DNA from: Myxococcota bacterium
GTDB lineage: Bacteria > Myxococcota_A > SURF-8
Reading direction: 5' to 3'
Assembly (NCBI GenBank): GCA_963674735.2
Contig: CAXXQS010000002.1
Coordinates: forward strand, 1,536,001 to 1,600,000
DNA length: 64,000 nt
Shown here: positions 19,806-29,396 of the stretch, piece after piece
Numbering within the stretch: the stretch's first letter is position 1
How the letters are laid out: each line of letters begins with the position of its first letter
Translations under genes and position numbers: made by a program
The notes under the pieces: model-generated
Seen by the model: only the letters and a program-made list of their open reading frames with translations
Told to the model about the DNA's origin: nothing
The model's database searches: none

Positions 19806-20576
19806 TTACCGATACCGTTCTACCGGATCCTGCTTATAAAAGTTTTTAAGCTGTTCGTAGAGCTCCGGGTGACAGCGGGAAAGCTTTTCAGGCTGCTCGA
19901 AAAACACTTCCGTTACCACGGCGAAGAATTCCGGAGGGTTCTTGGTGGCGTAAGGACGAATGAACGCCGGGCAGCGACCCTCGATGCGCAAGGTGAGCTT
20001 CTTGTATTCCTCGCCCAAAACCCTGGCCCAGGCAATGTAATGCGAGCGCTTATCAAGTTTAGGCGCACCGTCGTCCACGCCGTCCTCGCCGTCCAACTGG
20101 TGGGCAAACTCATGGAACACGAGATTTTGTCCGTCCCGCACATCTGCCGCGCCCTTTTTGACGTCGTCCCAGGACAGCACCACCTGGCCCCTGCGCCAGC
20201 TCTCACCGAGCCGCAACTCCTGCCTCTCCTCAAGCAGGCCGGCGGGTCCGCTCCTTTTCACAGTTGCTATGTAGGCTTGGGGGTAGACGATGATCGTGTC
20301 CAGTCCCGGGTAGTAGTCCGTTTTTCGGTTTAGCAGCAGGATGCATGCCTGGGCAGCGATGGTCACGCGGATCTCGTCCGTGATCTCCACCCCATGCACA
20401 CCCTCAAAGCGCTTTTCCGAAAGAAAGACCTGGATGTGACCTTTGAGCTCGGTCTGTTCCTCGGGCCGTAGCATCTTGTAATAAGGCATGTTCCGTTCGA
20501 TATGGGCGCACCATTCCTGTGGGAAGGTGATTTGGCGTATCTTTTTGCGCGCCCTGTTTTTGAACCAGCTAAACAT
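19806..20576 (-). CDS. mtfA: MtfA / peptidase M90 zinc metallopeptidase
   Basis: IAAQAC, LGESW, DGQNLVFHEFAHQLD, YATKNPPEFFAV. Confidence 0.9.
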   Translation of the reverse strand: MFSWFKNRARKKIRQITFPQEWCAHIERNMPYYKMLRPEEQTELKGHIQVFLSEKRFEGVHGVEITDEIRVTIAAQACILLLNRKTDYYPGLDTIIVYPQAYIATVKRSGPAGLLEERQELRLGESWRRGQVVLSWDDVKKGAADVRDGQNLVFHEFAHQLDGEDGVDDGAPKLDKRSHYIAWARVLGEEYKKLTLRIEGRCPAFIRPYATKNPPEFFAVVTEVFFEQPEKLSRCHPELYEQLKNFYKQDPVERYR

Positions 20577-20917
20577 GGGCAGGGATTATAGCATAAAATG
20601 AAAGTGATTCCAAAGTCTTGAAGCAAGACACGGTGTACGGTAATCAAGGCTTTCGCTACGTGTGTGCCCCGAGTGAGAAGAGATAGGTTGTTTTCGCCCG
20701 CTAAAAGAAGAAGCGCGATGCTTCTTCTCCACCGGATTGCCCGGTTTGGGGATGTTGGGTGGGTCGATGGGCGTTTCACCTTTACGCTATTACGCTATTT
20801 TCCTAGGGGAACTGCGTCAACGAAAAAGATTGCTGGAGTTGATGGCATATCTTTTCTTTTTAGAGTGTGTTCCATGTGCTATCATTCGTGAATGTTTTTC
20901 GAGGCTGGAGAAGGTGC

Positions 20918-23020
20918 ATGCTGCGAGTCGGTTGGTCCTTAGCGTTCTTGGTTCTGTTGCTGATGCTGGCCTGTTCGAGCGATTCGGGGGTCTATTCGGA
21001 TGGAGATCATCCCGTTGACGGGGATGGCGATAGCGATGGCGACGGGGAGGAGGGAGACGTCGACCCCGATTCGGATCGCGAAGCGGAAGCTCGGCCGTCG
21101 ATCGATACGGGTCTCACCCCGGAAGATCTTGTTCTCCAAGCCCTTCCCGATCCACCTTCCCCTCCCTTACCGCAAGGAGTCACCATACGGGTGATGAGTT
21201 ACAACATTTTCGACACCCGATATGCTTCGGCCGAGGCAATCGGTGCGATGATCCGGACGTACGAACCCGACCTCGTCGGTCTGCAGGAATGCGACGACAG
21301 CTATCTGCCGCAGATCGCCGAGGCAGCGGGAATGGAATACTATGACGGTTACGAGGTTGCGCAGCTTTCGAAAACACCTCTGGAAGGATTCACACAAGGC
21401 GCGCCGGACAACGGCGGCCACTTTACCCGATCCGAAACGGTCATCGATGGGGTGCGCTTCGTCTTCTACAATGCACATTTGGATTGGAATGTCTCGGGAA
21501 ACCTGGAGTTTCGCCAGTTCACCGACGAGGTCATTGAACCCGAAACGGTCAAGCACCTCGTGCTGACCGGCGACTTCAACGATGAGCACTACAGCACGCA
21601 AAATACGATGTTGGAAGAGGTCGCAACGGATGTTTTCACCACCCTGGGCTACTATCCCGGGGAACGGATCTCATGGCCGTCCATTGGTTTCGACGACACC
21701 GAGGGCTCCCAATTGATCGATCTGATCTGGTGGCGCAACGACTACCCCGCCATCGCGCTGAGCGCGGATGTGCTGAACCTCGCTCCCGTGCTTTCGGATC
21801 ATAAACCGGTGATCGCGGATCTGCTTTATCCTATCGAAGGCGGCGAGGCGTTTGCTGAAGATCCCTTCGCTCCGTATCGGGCAATTGACAGGGATTTTCC
21901 GTCCGAGGATGAACGCCCGCCGAATCTGCTGCGTAATCCCGGTGCGGAAGAAGGTCTTGAAGGCTGGACGATTCTCAACGATGCTCGTGCCGAAAACGAG
22001 CGTGAACATCAGCTGCCGCGTTCAGGGCAGATGCTGTTTACAGGCTGGCTGGAGCAGCCCGCCGACGCATCGAAGTTATCGTCGGGTACGCAAACGGTCG
22101 ATCTCTCCGAGCAGGCCGAAATCATCGATCGAGGACAGGGACGCCTGCTGTTATCCGGGTGGTTGGCAACCGGCTACCAAACGGATGAGAAAGACGGGAT
22201 CGTTTCCAACAAACCGCTGCCCACGGATGAGGGCGAAATGGTTCTGGAAATGCTGGATGAAACCGGCAAAGTCCTGACTCGCTGGAGTTCCAAACGGCGC
22301 GACACCTTGGCCTGGCATCCCGTGTATGCCATCCTAGACATTCCCCCGGAAGTGCGGGCCTCCCGGGTCGCGTGGATCTCTCACCACAAGTCGCAAAACG
22401 GTCGAGGAAACGACGTCGTATTCGACGATCTTTACCTGGGCTTTGAAGCGTTGGAAACAGCGCACCGAACGCTGGGCGGCAACCTGCTGCAAAACACGGG
22501 CGCTGAAACGGATATGGAAAACTGGGACGCCTATGGCTGGCGACGTCTGGAAGACGGTGAGGTGGCCGGATTGACCGTGTTTCATCCATGCTCTTTTTCG
22601 GGCGAAGGGCTGTTTTTCGGCGGCGGCATGCTTGATTTGAACGCCGGGGAGCCGGGAGTCTCGACCTTGTCACAACGCCTCGACCTGCAACCGTATTTCG
22701 ACTTGATCGACCGGGGAGACTTCGCCTTGCGTTGGGGCGGGTGGTTGCGCACGTGGGCGGCCAGAACCACGGTTAATATGGCTCTGGAGATCATCGATGC
22801 CGAGGGAAGCGTGTGGGCTGAAGTGCCGGGAGCCGAAACGCACAACCCCGAGTGGACCTCGATGGAATTCTTGACCCGGATTCCTCCCGGGGCTTCCGCC
22901 GTGCGTTTGATGATACGATCCGATGTGGAACAGGTGGGCACGGGCGTCTTTGCAGATAGTCTGTTTGTGCGACCTGAACGCATTGAAAGCCCGTCCACCG
23001 AAAGCGCGACAGATTTTTAA
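20918..23020 (+). CDS. Endonuclease/exonuclease/phosphatase-family lipoprotein with two FBA/CBM-like beta-sandwich domains
   Basis: Lipobox LMLAC and a DG-rich linker. VMSYNI, GLQE, GDFN, IDLI, SDH. Two repeats starting NLLRNPGAE and NLLQNTGAE. Confidence 0.85.
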   Translation: MLRVGWSLAFLVLLLMLACSSDSGVYSDGDHPVDGDGDSDGDGEEGDVDPDSDREAEARPSIDTGLTPEDLVLQALPDPPSPPLPQGVTIRVMSYNIFDTRYASAEAIGAMIRTYEPDLVGLQECDDSYLPQIAEAAGMEYYDGYEVAQLSKTPLEGFTQGAPDNGGHFTRSETVIDGVRFVFYNAHLDWNVSGNLEFRQFTDEVIEPETVKHLVLTGDFNDEHYSTQNTMLEEVATDVFTTLGYYPGERISWPSIGFDDTEGSQLIDLIWWRNDYPAIALSADVLNLAPVLSDHKPVIADLLYPIEGGEAFAEDPFAPYRAIDRDFPSEDERPPNLLRNPGAEEGLEGWTILNDARAENEREHQLPRSGQMLFTGWLEQPADASKLSSGTQTVDLSEQAEIIDRGQGRLLLSGWLATGYQTDEKDGIVSNKPLPTDEGEMVLEMLDETGKVLTRWSSKRRDTLAWHPVYAILDIPPEVRASRVAWISHHKSQNGRGNDVVFDDLYLGFEALETAHRTLGGNLLQNTGAETDMENWDAYGWRRLEDGEVAGLTVFHPCSFSGEGLFFGGGMLDLNAGEPGVSTLSQRLDLQPYFDLIDRGDFALRWGGWLRTWAARTTVNMALEIIDAEGSVWAEVPGAETHNPEWTSMEFLTRIPPGASAVRLMIRSDVEQVGTGVFADSLFVRPERIESPSTESATDF

Positions 23021-23099
23021 GAAACACTGCGTTTACAACGATTGACAGATGTACCAAGCGTAGAATACGTCAAACGCGGTCGATTCGTATAATGATTCC

Positions 23100-23331
23100 G
23101 TTCCCTTATGGGGCCGCAGTCGCTAGAGGTGAACCCCTGGCAGAGTGTTCCCTTTCCCGCTTGTGGTCGGGTGGGTTCGCTTGTCATCCGGACCACCCTC
23201 AAACCCATTCCAAACACAATCGACGCCCTGAACCGAGTCCCCTCATAGACTTTTGCAAACCCGGGGATGGGTCAGAGAACGGAGGGTGATACTGGCTTCA
23301 TTTAGCGATGTCAGCAGCCCGCATTGGGAAC
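23100..23331 (+). ncRNA. Candidate structured non-coding RNA or MITE-like element
   Basis: Ends pair imperfectly (GTTCCC...GGGAAC, extending through GGGC and TCGCTA/TAGCGA). Two internal hairpins. TATAAT at 23088-23093 ends 7 nt before the 5' end. Confidence 0.35.
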
Positions 23332-23412
23332 TAGCTCCTTGAAGAACAGCAACCGTTTTCTCTACAAGATCTGAAACAGAATTAAAAAGCCCTGCCGGAA
23401 AACAAGACGTCA

Positions 23413-23441
23413 TTGCATTTTGCGCCCGATTTGTCTATGAT
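23413..23441 (+). promoter_or_regulatory. Sigma70-like promoter
   Basis: TTGCAT-N17-TATGAT upstream of the 23522 ORF. Confidence 0.5.
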
Positions 23442-23521
23442 ATCGGCGAATTTACACGTTGGCGATCGTTGCAGCATCCGGCCTTACAACAGGTGGCCGT
23501 TTAAGTGTGCCGAGGGTGAAT

Positions 23522-24478
23522 ATGTCCAAAAAAATCCAGGTTGTGATTGTGGTGGCGGTTATCGTAACCTCTATCCTGATTGCCGATATCCTTCTGCGAA
23601 GCCAAGGTGATGTCGAGAACGGGGTGTCTCAAGAGACCGTGAAAGACGAGGCGCCTGCTCCGCCCGGATCGATGAAAGCCCCGGAACGCAAACAACCGGC
23701 CAATGAGGGTTCCGATTCGAAAAATACGGGCTATGAAACCGTCGCCTTGCGGATGCCCGAAAAAACATGCAAGGAATTGGGAGATGAGCTGTTCGATCGG
23801 CCTGCCGTCAAGCTGGACCCCGAAAAGCTGAAGTTGATCGAAGCGGAAGATGATGAAATCATTTCAACATTCTGGGGTGTCTTGGAACCGTACCTGTATT
23901 GCGAATCCGTTGAAGAATCGAATTTCGATATTTGCCGCCATCATCAGTATATTCTCGGTATCCAACACGGGATTGCCGTATCGGAAGACATGAACGACCT
24001 GCGCTCCCCGCCGAACCTGGATGCGCCGCCCCTGCACTGCGCAATCAGTATCGGCCTGAAAACACTGATTATGCACGGCATTCAAAATCCGCTGCCCAGA
24101 GAACGCTTTCAGGTTTTGCTGGCCGATTTCCCTTCTCTGGTTCAGAAGTACATGCTGATTCTGTACGACGCCTTTCACGCCACCGATTCGACGCTTTGCA
24201 AGAAAATCGGGAAACCTTATGAATTGCGATATATCTGCGAAGTCACGAGCAACCCGGACATGCCCGTGCCGGGCGAGCCCATGGGCGTTCAATTTTACAG
24301 CATCACCCGAGCCATCAGCAACCAGATGAGCCCGGAAGAATTCAAAAAAGTCGCCACGCCTTTCGTGGCACGGCTCTATGATCTTTACATGGGAAAAACC
24401 AACATCTGCAAATCGTATCATCGGCCGAAATGGGATTATCTGTGCGAACAGAAATTCGACCTGCTCAACTCGTATTAA
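23522..24478 (+). CDS. Membrane-anchored Cys-containing periplasmic hypothetical protein
   Basis: N-terminal TM, low-complexity linker, several spaced Cys; GAGG RBS. Confidence 0.75.
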   Translation: MSKKIQVVIVVAVIVTSILIADILLRSQGDVENGVSQETVKDEAPAPPGSMKAPERKQPANEGSDSKNTGYETVALRMPEKTCKELGDELFDRPAVKLDPEKLKLIEAEDDEIISTFWGVLEPYLYCESVEESNFDICRHHQYILGIQHGIAVSEDMNDLRSPPNLDAPPLHCAISIGLKTLIMHGIQNPLPRERFQVLLADFPSLVQKYMLILYDAFHATDSTLCKKIGKPYELRYICEVTSNPDMPVPGEPMGVQFYSITRAISNQMSPEEFKKVATPFVARLYDLYMGKTNICKSYHRPKWDYLCEQKFDLLNSY

Positions 24479-24495
24479 GCTTCATCTTCGAGAGA

Positions 24496-26712
24496 ATGCG
24501 GCGACGTCAACCGGGATCTCGTTTGTGCTGCCTGCTGCCGCTGTTTCTGTTTCTGCTTGTTTCTTTCGTCGATCTGCACGCCGAGCCGATCCTGCCGCAG
24601 ATTCCCGAGGCGCGTCTTCGCGATCTGCTGATGCCGTCCGACCCGCTGGCCGCGGGTTTCGATGTCGACTCGGTTTCGGTCGGTCAGCATGAGATTTCCA
24701 TTACGGTCCAGCCTTTCGGCGGGGCGGCCGCGACCGACGGGACGACCTTTCAACTGCAGGTTCACCCCTCCGAAAAACCATCTGAAGCCTGCCGCCGACT
24801 GGGTCAGAGTGCGGTGATTCTTTGCGCAAGGGATGGGAACGCCGCTCGGATGCGCGGGTGCGAGGCCTGGTTGAAGTGGGTGGAAAGCACGAATCGGACG
24901 GACGCCATCGAAGCCCTGTGGCGAGAAAGTCCGGATGCGCCTCCGCTGCCGTCTCCCGACGATATCGCTCTCCCCGTGAAAGCCTCTCCCTTGCCTCCGG
25001 CTGCGCTTGTGGCGGATGAACCGCCGATCCATCGCTATCGGCCACTTGGTGCCAGCCACCGCCGACATGTCCCGCTCGCCGCGATTTTGACTCTTTTTGT
25101 CACGTTGATGCTGGTACGCCCCGTTCGACCCGACCGCCGTCTGATGTGGTCGTTCGGTCTGCTGTGTCTGGCCAGTGTGGCGACACGCTTTCTGCTGCCT
25201 TACGCCCTGATTCATCCCCAGGGAGACGATTTGCTGATCTATGCCGCGGCGCGCGGGAGCGGTATGCTGGAATCGACGCAGCATTCGGATGCGGTGGTGG
25301 CCCTGTACCGATTGGCGATTTTTTTATGGGGAGACAACCTGGAGACGATTTTCCTCCCGTGCCGAATGGCCGGATCGTTGCTACCGCCTCTGGCCTTTCT
25401 GATTGCATGGGAGTATTACGGTCGTCTGCAAACGGCCGCTCTCGCGGGAGTGCTGTTGCTGATCTGCCCCGTTTCCTGGATACAATCCGCGTCCATTTCC
25501 GCCGAGATGATCGCCGCGGCCGCGTATTTTCTGGCTTTGTATCTTGCGTTGGTCGGTTTGCGATCGGGGAGTGGCCTGCGATTTGCGCTCATTGTTTTCA
25601 CCTGCGGCGCACTCAGCCTGGCCTGCATACTCAAACCCGGTTTTGCCGTTCTGGCGGTCCTTTTTCCCCTTACCGTTTTTTTCAAGGATGGATCGCCCGA
25701 TAACCGGTCCTCGCGCCTTGCCCGCTGGCTCAGTGCATTCGTCCCGGCCCTGGCGGCAGCCGCCACGCTCGCTTTCCTAAACGAATTTCATATCTCCTGG
25801 CAGGACATCGTCCGGGGGAAACTCCACGAACAACAATTTCCCTATCCCTTGCACCTGTTGGTTTATCTGTTCTTCACCTTGATTCAGAATCCGCCGTTTC
25901 TGCCGTATAAGCTGGCCTTTCTGGCCTCGCTTCGGCGTCCGGAACTGAAAGCGTTGCGCCCGCTGCACCTGCACGTGCTGGTCATCTTGGCTGTGTTTTC
26001 GGTTGCCATCAACCTGCGCGGAACCAACCAATGGCGGTATGCGCTGTTTACTCTTCTGCCGACCTACGTTCTGGCGGCCCCTGTTGTTCTGCGATGGGTG
26101 TCGTTTCCGAAACGCCACCGCGTGATGTGCTTGATTTTGGCCGTCTATACCGTCATCGGCTACGGCATGGCCATCGATTTTTTCAACGGTCCGCGCGCGA
26201 AGACGCTGGCGCTCCTTCATGCGCTTCCGCAGAGTGCGCAGACCTTGGTGTTGAAAATGGGGAAGACGACGGAGATGGACGCCCTGGTGTTTTTCATGGT
26301 GACCGGCCGCAGCGACGTTCTTCTGGTCGAGGATTTGTATCCTCCCGCCTGCCCGATCGGTGCAGACCTCGCGATATTGGAGCACCAAAACATCTCGCGG
26401 CCTCCTCCGGCTCGCCGTTTGGATACCGCCCGGTGTGCGCAACAGGCCGCCCGGATGAAGTCGACGCTGTCGAGTTACGACCGCATCTATTTTCTGTTGG
26501 ATCCGATGTTGACGGACGCGGCCGGCAATTCGATGATGCTGTACGTCGATCAGCGTCCATGTCTGCCGCTGCTGTCCACGTTGCTTCATTTCGATGGCTC
26601 CGTGGACACCCGGCAACCGAGGCTGGTGCCCGTTCGATCCATCGCGTCCCCCGTCTCCTCCGATGCGACCTCGGCGCATACGGCGGCTCCGTTGTGGGAA
26701 GCGCCTCGCTGA
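24496..26712 (+). CDS. GT-C fold (PMT/ArnT-like) polytopic membrane glycosyltransferase candidate
   Basis: N-terminal exported domain and Pro-rich linker, then ~11-13 TM with an acidic pair in the first loop (PQGDD), SAEM and WRY motifs, and a soluble C-terminus. Confidence 0.6.
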   Translation: MRRRQPGSRLCCLLPLFLFLLVSFVDLHAEPILPQIPEARLRDLLMPSDPLAAGFDVDSVSVGQHEISITVQPFGGAAATDGTTFQLQVHPSEKPSEACRRLGQSAVILCARDGNAARMRGCEAWLKWVESTNRTDAIEALWRESPDAPPLPSPDDIALPVKASPLPPAALVADEPPIHRYRPLGASHRRHVPLAAILTLFVTLMLVRPVRPDRRLMWSFGLLCLASVATRFLLPYALIHPQGDDLLIYAAARGSGMLESTQHSDAVVALYRLAIFLWGDNLETIFLPCRMAGSLLPPLAFLIAWEYYGRLQTAALAGVLLLICPVSWIQSASISAEMIAAAAYFLALYLALVGLRSGSGLRFALIVFTCGALSLACILKPGFAVLAVLFPLTVFFKDGSPDNRSSRLARWLSAFVPALAAAATLAFLNEFHISWQDIVRGKLHEQQFPYPLHLLVYLFFTLIQNPPFLPYKLAFLASLRRPELKALRPLHLHVLVILAVFSVAINLRGTNQWRYALFTLLPTYVLAAPVVLRWVSFPKRHRVMCLILAVYTVIGYGMAIDFFNGPRAKTLALLHALPQSAQTLVLKMGKTTEMDALVFFMVTGRSDVLLVEDLYPPACPIGADLAILEHQNISRPPPARRLDTARCAQQAARMKSTLSSYDRIYFLLDPMLTDAAGNSMMLYVDQRPCLPLLSTLLHFDGSVDTRQPRLVPVRSIASPVSSDATSAHTAAPLWEAPR

Positions 26713-26897
26713 TGCTCCCGTCAAACGGTGTGCAAGCGCCGAGAATCCATCGGCTGGATTCTCCCGCTAGAGAAAGCGGGGCTTTCCTTCGGTCTGTCGC
26801 GCGTGGCCGTTCGGATGCTGCTGGAACCGCATTTCGTCGTGTCTTTCACGAAAGGAATGAGAAGGTTGAACAATCGACGAGAGACCGGCAATCGCAA

Positions 26898-26926
26898 TTG
26901 ACAAAGCCGTGCGTATCCGTTTTAAT
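26898..26926 (+). promoter_or_regulatory. Sigma70-like promoter
   Basis: TTGACA-N17-TTTAAT upstream of the radical SAM pair. Confidence 0.6.
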
Positions 26927-26972
26927 AACCGCCTGTTATCGATCATGTATGGAAGAATAAAGGTTTCGCGGT

Positions 26973-27959
26973 ATGCGGCGTTCGACTCAGCTGGCCTCCG
27001 GGCTTCGGATTCTCACTGCCAGACTGGCTGGCAAGCGCGTCCCCGTGGCCGTCCGCTGGAATCTGCTTCACCGTTGCGCCTTCCGCTGCGAATACTGCAA
27101 TCTCTGGAAAACGCCGATCGAAGAATTGGCGACCGACACGATCATCTCCGGGCTCGAACAGCTGGCGCGACTCGGTGCGACCCGGATCTCGTTTTCCGGC
27201 GGCGAGCCCCTGCTACGCGACGACATCGGAACGCTCGTATCCGCCGCTGCGCGACTCGGCATCTCGCCCAGCCTCAACAGCAGCGGTTTCATGCTGGATA
27301 AGCGCATCGACGAATTGGGCGATCTCGATTTGCTGAAAATCAGCCTCGATGGTCCGCGTGACATCCACAATGCCTCTCGCGGGCAGCCCTTTGCCTTCGA
27401 TACGGCCATCGCGGCTGCGGATCTGGCCCACCGCCGTCTGCGTAAGTTCACCTTCGCCGCCACCATCACCCGCCGGAACGTGCAGCACATCGAGGACTTG
27501 ATGGACATCGCCCGTTCGTATGGCACCGTGATTGCGTTTCAGCCGGTTAAAGCGCTCTATCACGGCGTCGAGACCGTCGATCGGATCGCGCCCGATCCGG
27601 CCGCTATGCGCCGGGTCATTGCGAAGCTGATCGACGAAAAACGACGCGGAAATCCGCACATTCGCAACTCCATGGCCGAGCTGAATCATATTCGCAACTG
27701 GCCGAACTATCCCGCGTTGACCTGCGGCGCGGGACGGATTTTCGTCATGCTCAATCCGGATGGAACCGTGATGCCCTGCGACCGGGTTTCCTATACCGGA
27801 GAACTGCCGACCTTTCCCGAAGTCGGGCTGGCGGAGGCCATCTCCAAGCTTCCCGAGGTACACTGTAGCGGCTGCGGTTTTTGCGGGTCTCTAAGCTTGA
27901 ATTTATTATATTCACTTAACCCCCGCCCGATTCTGGACATCCTGCGACTGGTCAACTGA
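26973..27959 (+). CDS. Radical SAM enzyme with C-terminal Cys (SPASM/twitch-like) domain
   Basis: CAFRCEYC, FSGGEPLL, ISLDG; C-terminal CGAG...PC...CSGCGFC. Confidence 0.9.
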   Translation: MRRSTQLASGLRILTARLAGKRVPVAVRWNLLHRCAFRCEYCNLWKTPIEELATDTIISGLEQLARLGATRISFSGGEPLLRDDIGTLVSAAARLGISPSLNSSGFMLDKRIDELGDLDLLKISLDGPRDIHNASRGQPFAFDTAIAAADLAHRRLRKFTFAATITRRNVQHIEDLMDIARSYGTVIAFQPVKALYHGVETVDRIAPDPAAMRRVIAKLIDEKRRGNPHIRNSMAELNHIRNWPNYPALTCGAGRIFVMLNPDGTVMPCDRVSYTGELPTFPEVGLAEAISKLPEVHCSGCGFCGSLSLNLLYSLNPRPILDILRLVN

Positions 27960-27964
27960 TAATC

Positions 27965-29383
27965 ATGGCTCGTATTGCTTTCATATTCGCTCCATACCGG
28001 CACAAGCGCTTTGCCGAAAACCTCGAAGTGGTCGATGAAGATTTCGGTGTTTTCCCTCCGATCAACCTCGCCTATGCCGCCGCCGTGGCGGAAGAAGCGG
28101 GCCATGCGGTCACGATCATCGATGCGAATGCGCTCAAAATCGGCATCGACGAAACGATTCGGCGTGTACGCGCGTTCGCCCCGGATTATGCCGGATTCTA
28201 TTTTTCCACTTATATGTTTCACGACACGCTGGCCTGGGCGAAAGCCGTCAAAGAGGCGCTTGGTATTCCGATTCTGGCCGGCGGCATCAACCTGGGGCTT
28301 TACCCGCGCGAAACGATGAGTCATCGGACGATCGATTTCGGTATCCAAGGCGATGCGCTTCATGCCTTGCCCGCCTTGCTCGATGCGTTGGAGGCGGATG
28401 CGGAGCCGAGTGGCATCGACGGTGTCTGCTACCGCCGGGGTGACGAGATCATCCTGCGGCCGCCGTCCGACTCGCTGCCGGATTTCGACGATTATCCGTT
28501 TCCCGCCCGGCATCTGCTGCCCAACGACCGCTATTACTCGATCACCTCGCAGAAGCGCAACTTCACGATCATGATGACCAGCATGGGCTGTCCGTTCAAT
28601 TGCAGCTATTGCGCCATCGCGCATATTCCGCATCGCAAACGTTCGGCGGAGAATGTGCTTCTGGAACTGGAAACCTGTATCCGGCGTTACGGCGTGCGCG
28701 AGGTCGATTTTTTCGATGCCGATTTCCCCGTCGATAATTCGCGTCTGACCGCCATTTGCGAAGGCATTCTGGAACGCAACCTCTCCTTCGAGTGGTCCTG
28801 CCGGTCACGCGTTACGTCGGTTAACGAACCGCTGCTGGCGCTCATGGCCAAGGCCGGTTGCCAGAAGATCTATTACGGCATCGAAACCCCGAACACCTCT
28901 TCGCTGTCCATCATGAGAAAAAACATCACGCCGGACGACGTGCGGGCCTGCCTCGACGCCACCAGCCGCTGCGGGATCCGCTCGCTGGGGTTCTTCATGA
29001 CCGGTGTGCCGGGCGAGACCCGTTCGAGCCTGCTTCAAACGATTCAGTACGCGACGCAATTGAATGTCGATTACGCCCAGTTCTCCCGCACCATCGCCAA
29101 ACCCTGCACGGACCTGGATTCGGAATTGATCCGCCGGACCGGCAAGGATTTCTGGCGTGATTACGTCCTGGGCAAGCAGCCGGAAACCCGCATGCCCAAT
29201 CCCTGGACCGGCTTGGGTGAAATGGAGATCGAGGCCTGGACGAAACTGGCCTACTACCTTTACTACTATCGGCCGTCCTACATCGTCAAAGCGCTCAAGC
29301 GCATCCGCAGCGGCGACGAACTGCGTCGCAGCGTCCGCACGGCGGCACGCATGTTGTTCAAAGGGCTGTTTTTCGATAAGTAG
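27965..29383 (+). CDS. B12-binding domain radical SAM enzyme (BchE/HpnJ/HpnP-like superfamily)
   Basis: N-terminal PPINLAY..A..E and IIDAN; SMGCPFNCSYC, YGIET, FMTGVPGET. Confidence 0.9.
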   Translation: MARIAFIFAPYRHKRFAENLEVVDEDFGVFPPINLAYAAAVAEEAGHAVTIIDANALKIGIDETIRRVRAFAPDYAGFYFSTYMFHDTLAWAKAVKEALGIPILAGGINLGLYPRETMSHRTIDFGIQGDALHALPALLDALEADAEPSGIDGVCYRRGDEIILRPPSDSLPDFDDYPFPARHLLPNDRYYSITSQKRNFTIMMTSMGCPFNCSYCAIAHIPHRKRSAENVLLELETCIRRYGVREVDFFDADFPVDNSRLTAICEGILERNLSFEWSCRSRVTSVNEPLLALMAKAGCQKIYYGIETPNTSSLSIMRKNITPDDVRACLDATSRCGIRSLGFFMTGVPGETRSSLLQTIQYATQLNVDYAQFSRTIAKPCTDLDSELIRRTGKDFWRDYVLGKQPETRMPNPWTGLGEMEIEAWTKLAYYLYYYRPSYIVKALKRIRSGDELRRSVRTAARMLFKGLFFDK

Positions 29384-29396
29384 CGCGGGTTCGCTT

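Noticed and set aside
23522-24478. c-type cytochrome
   Set aside because: It contains Cys and His but no CxxCH motif.
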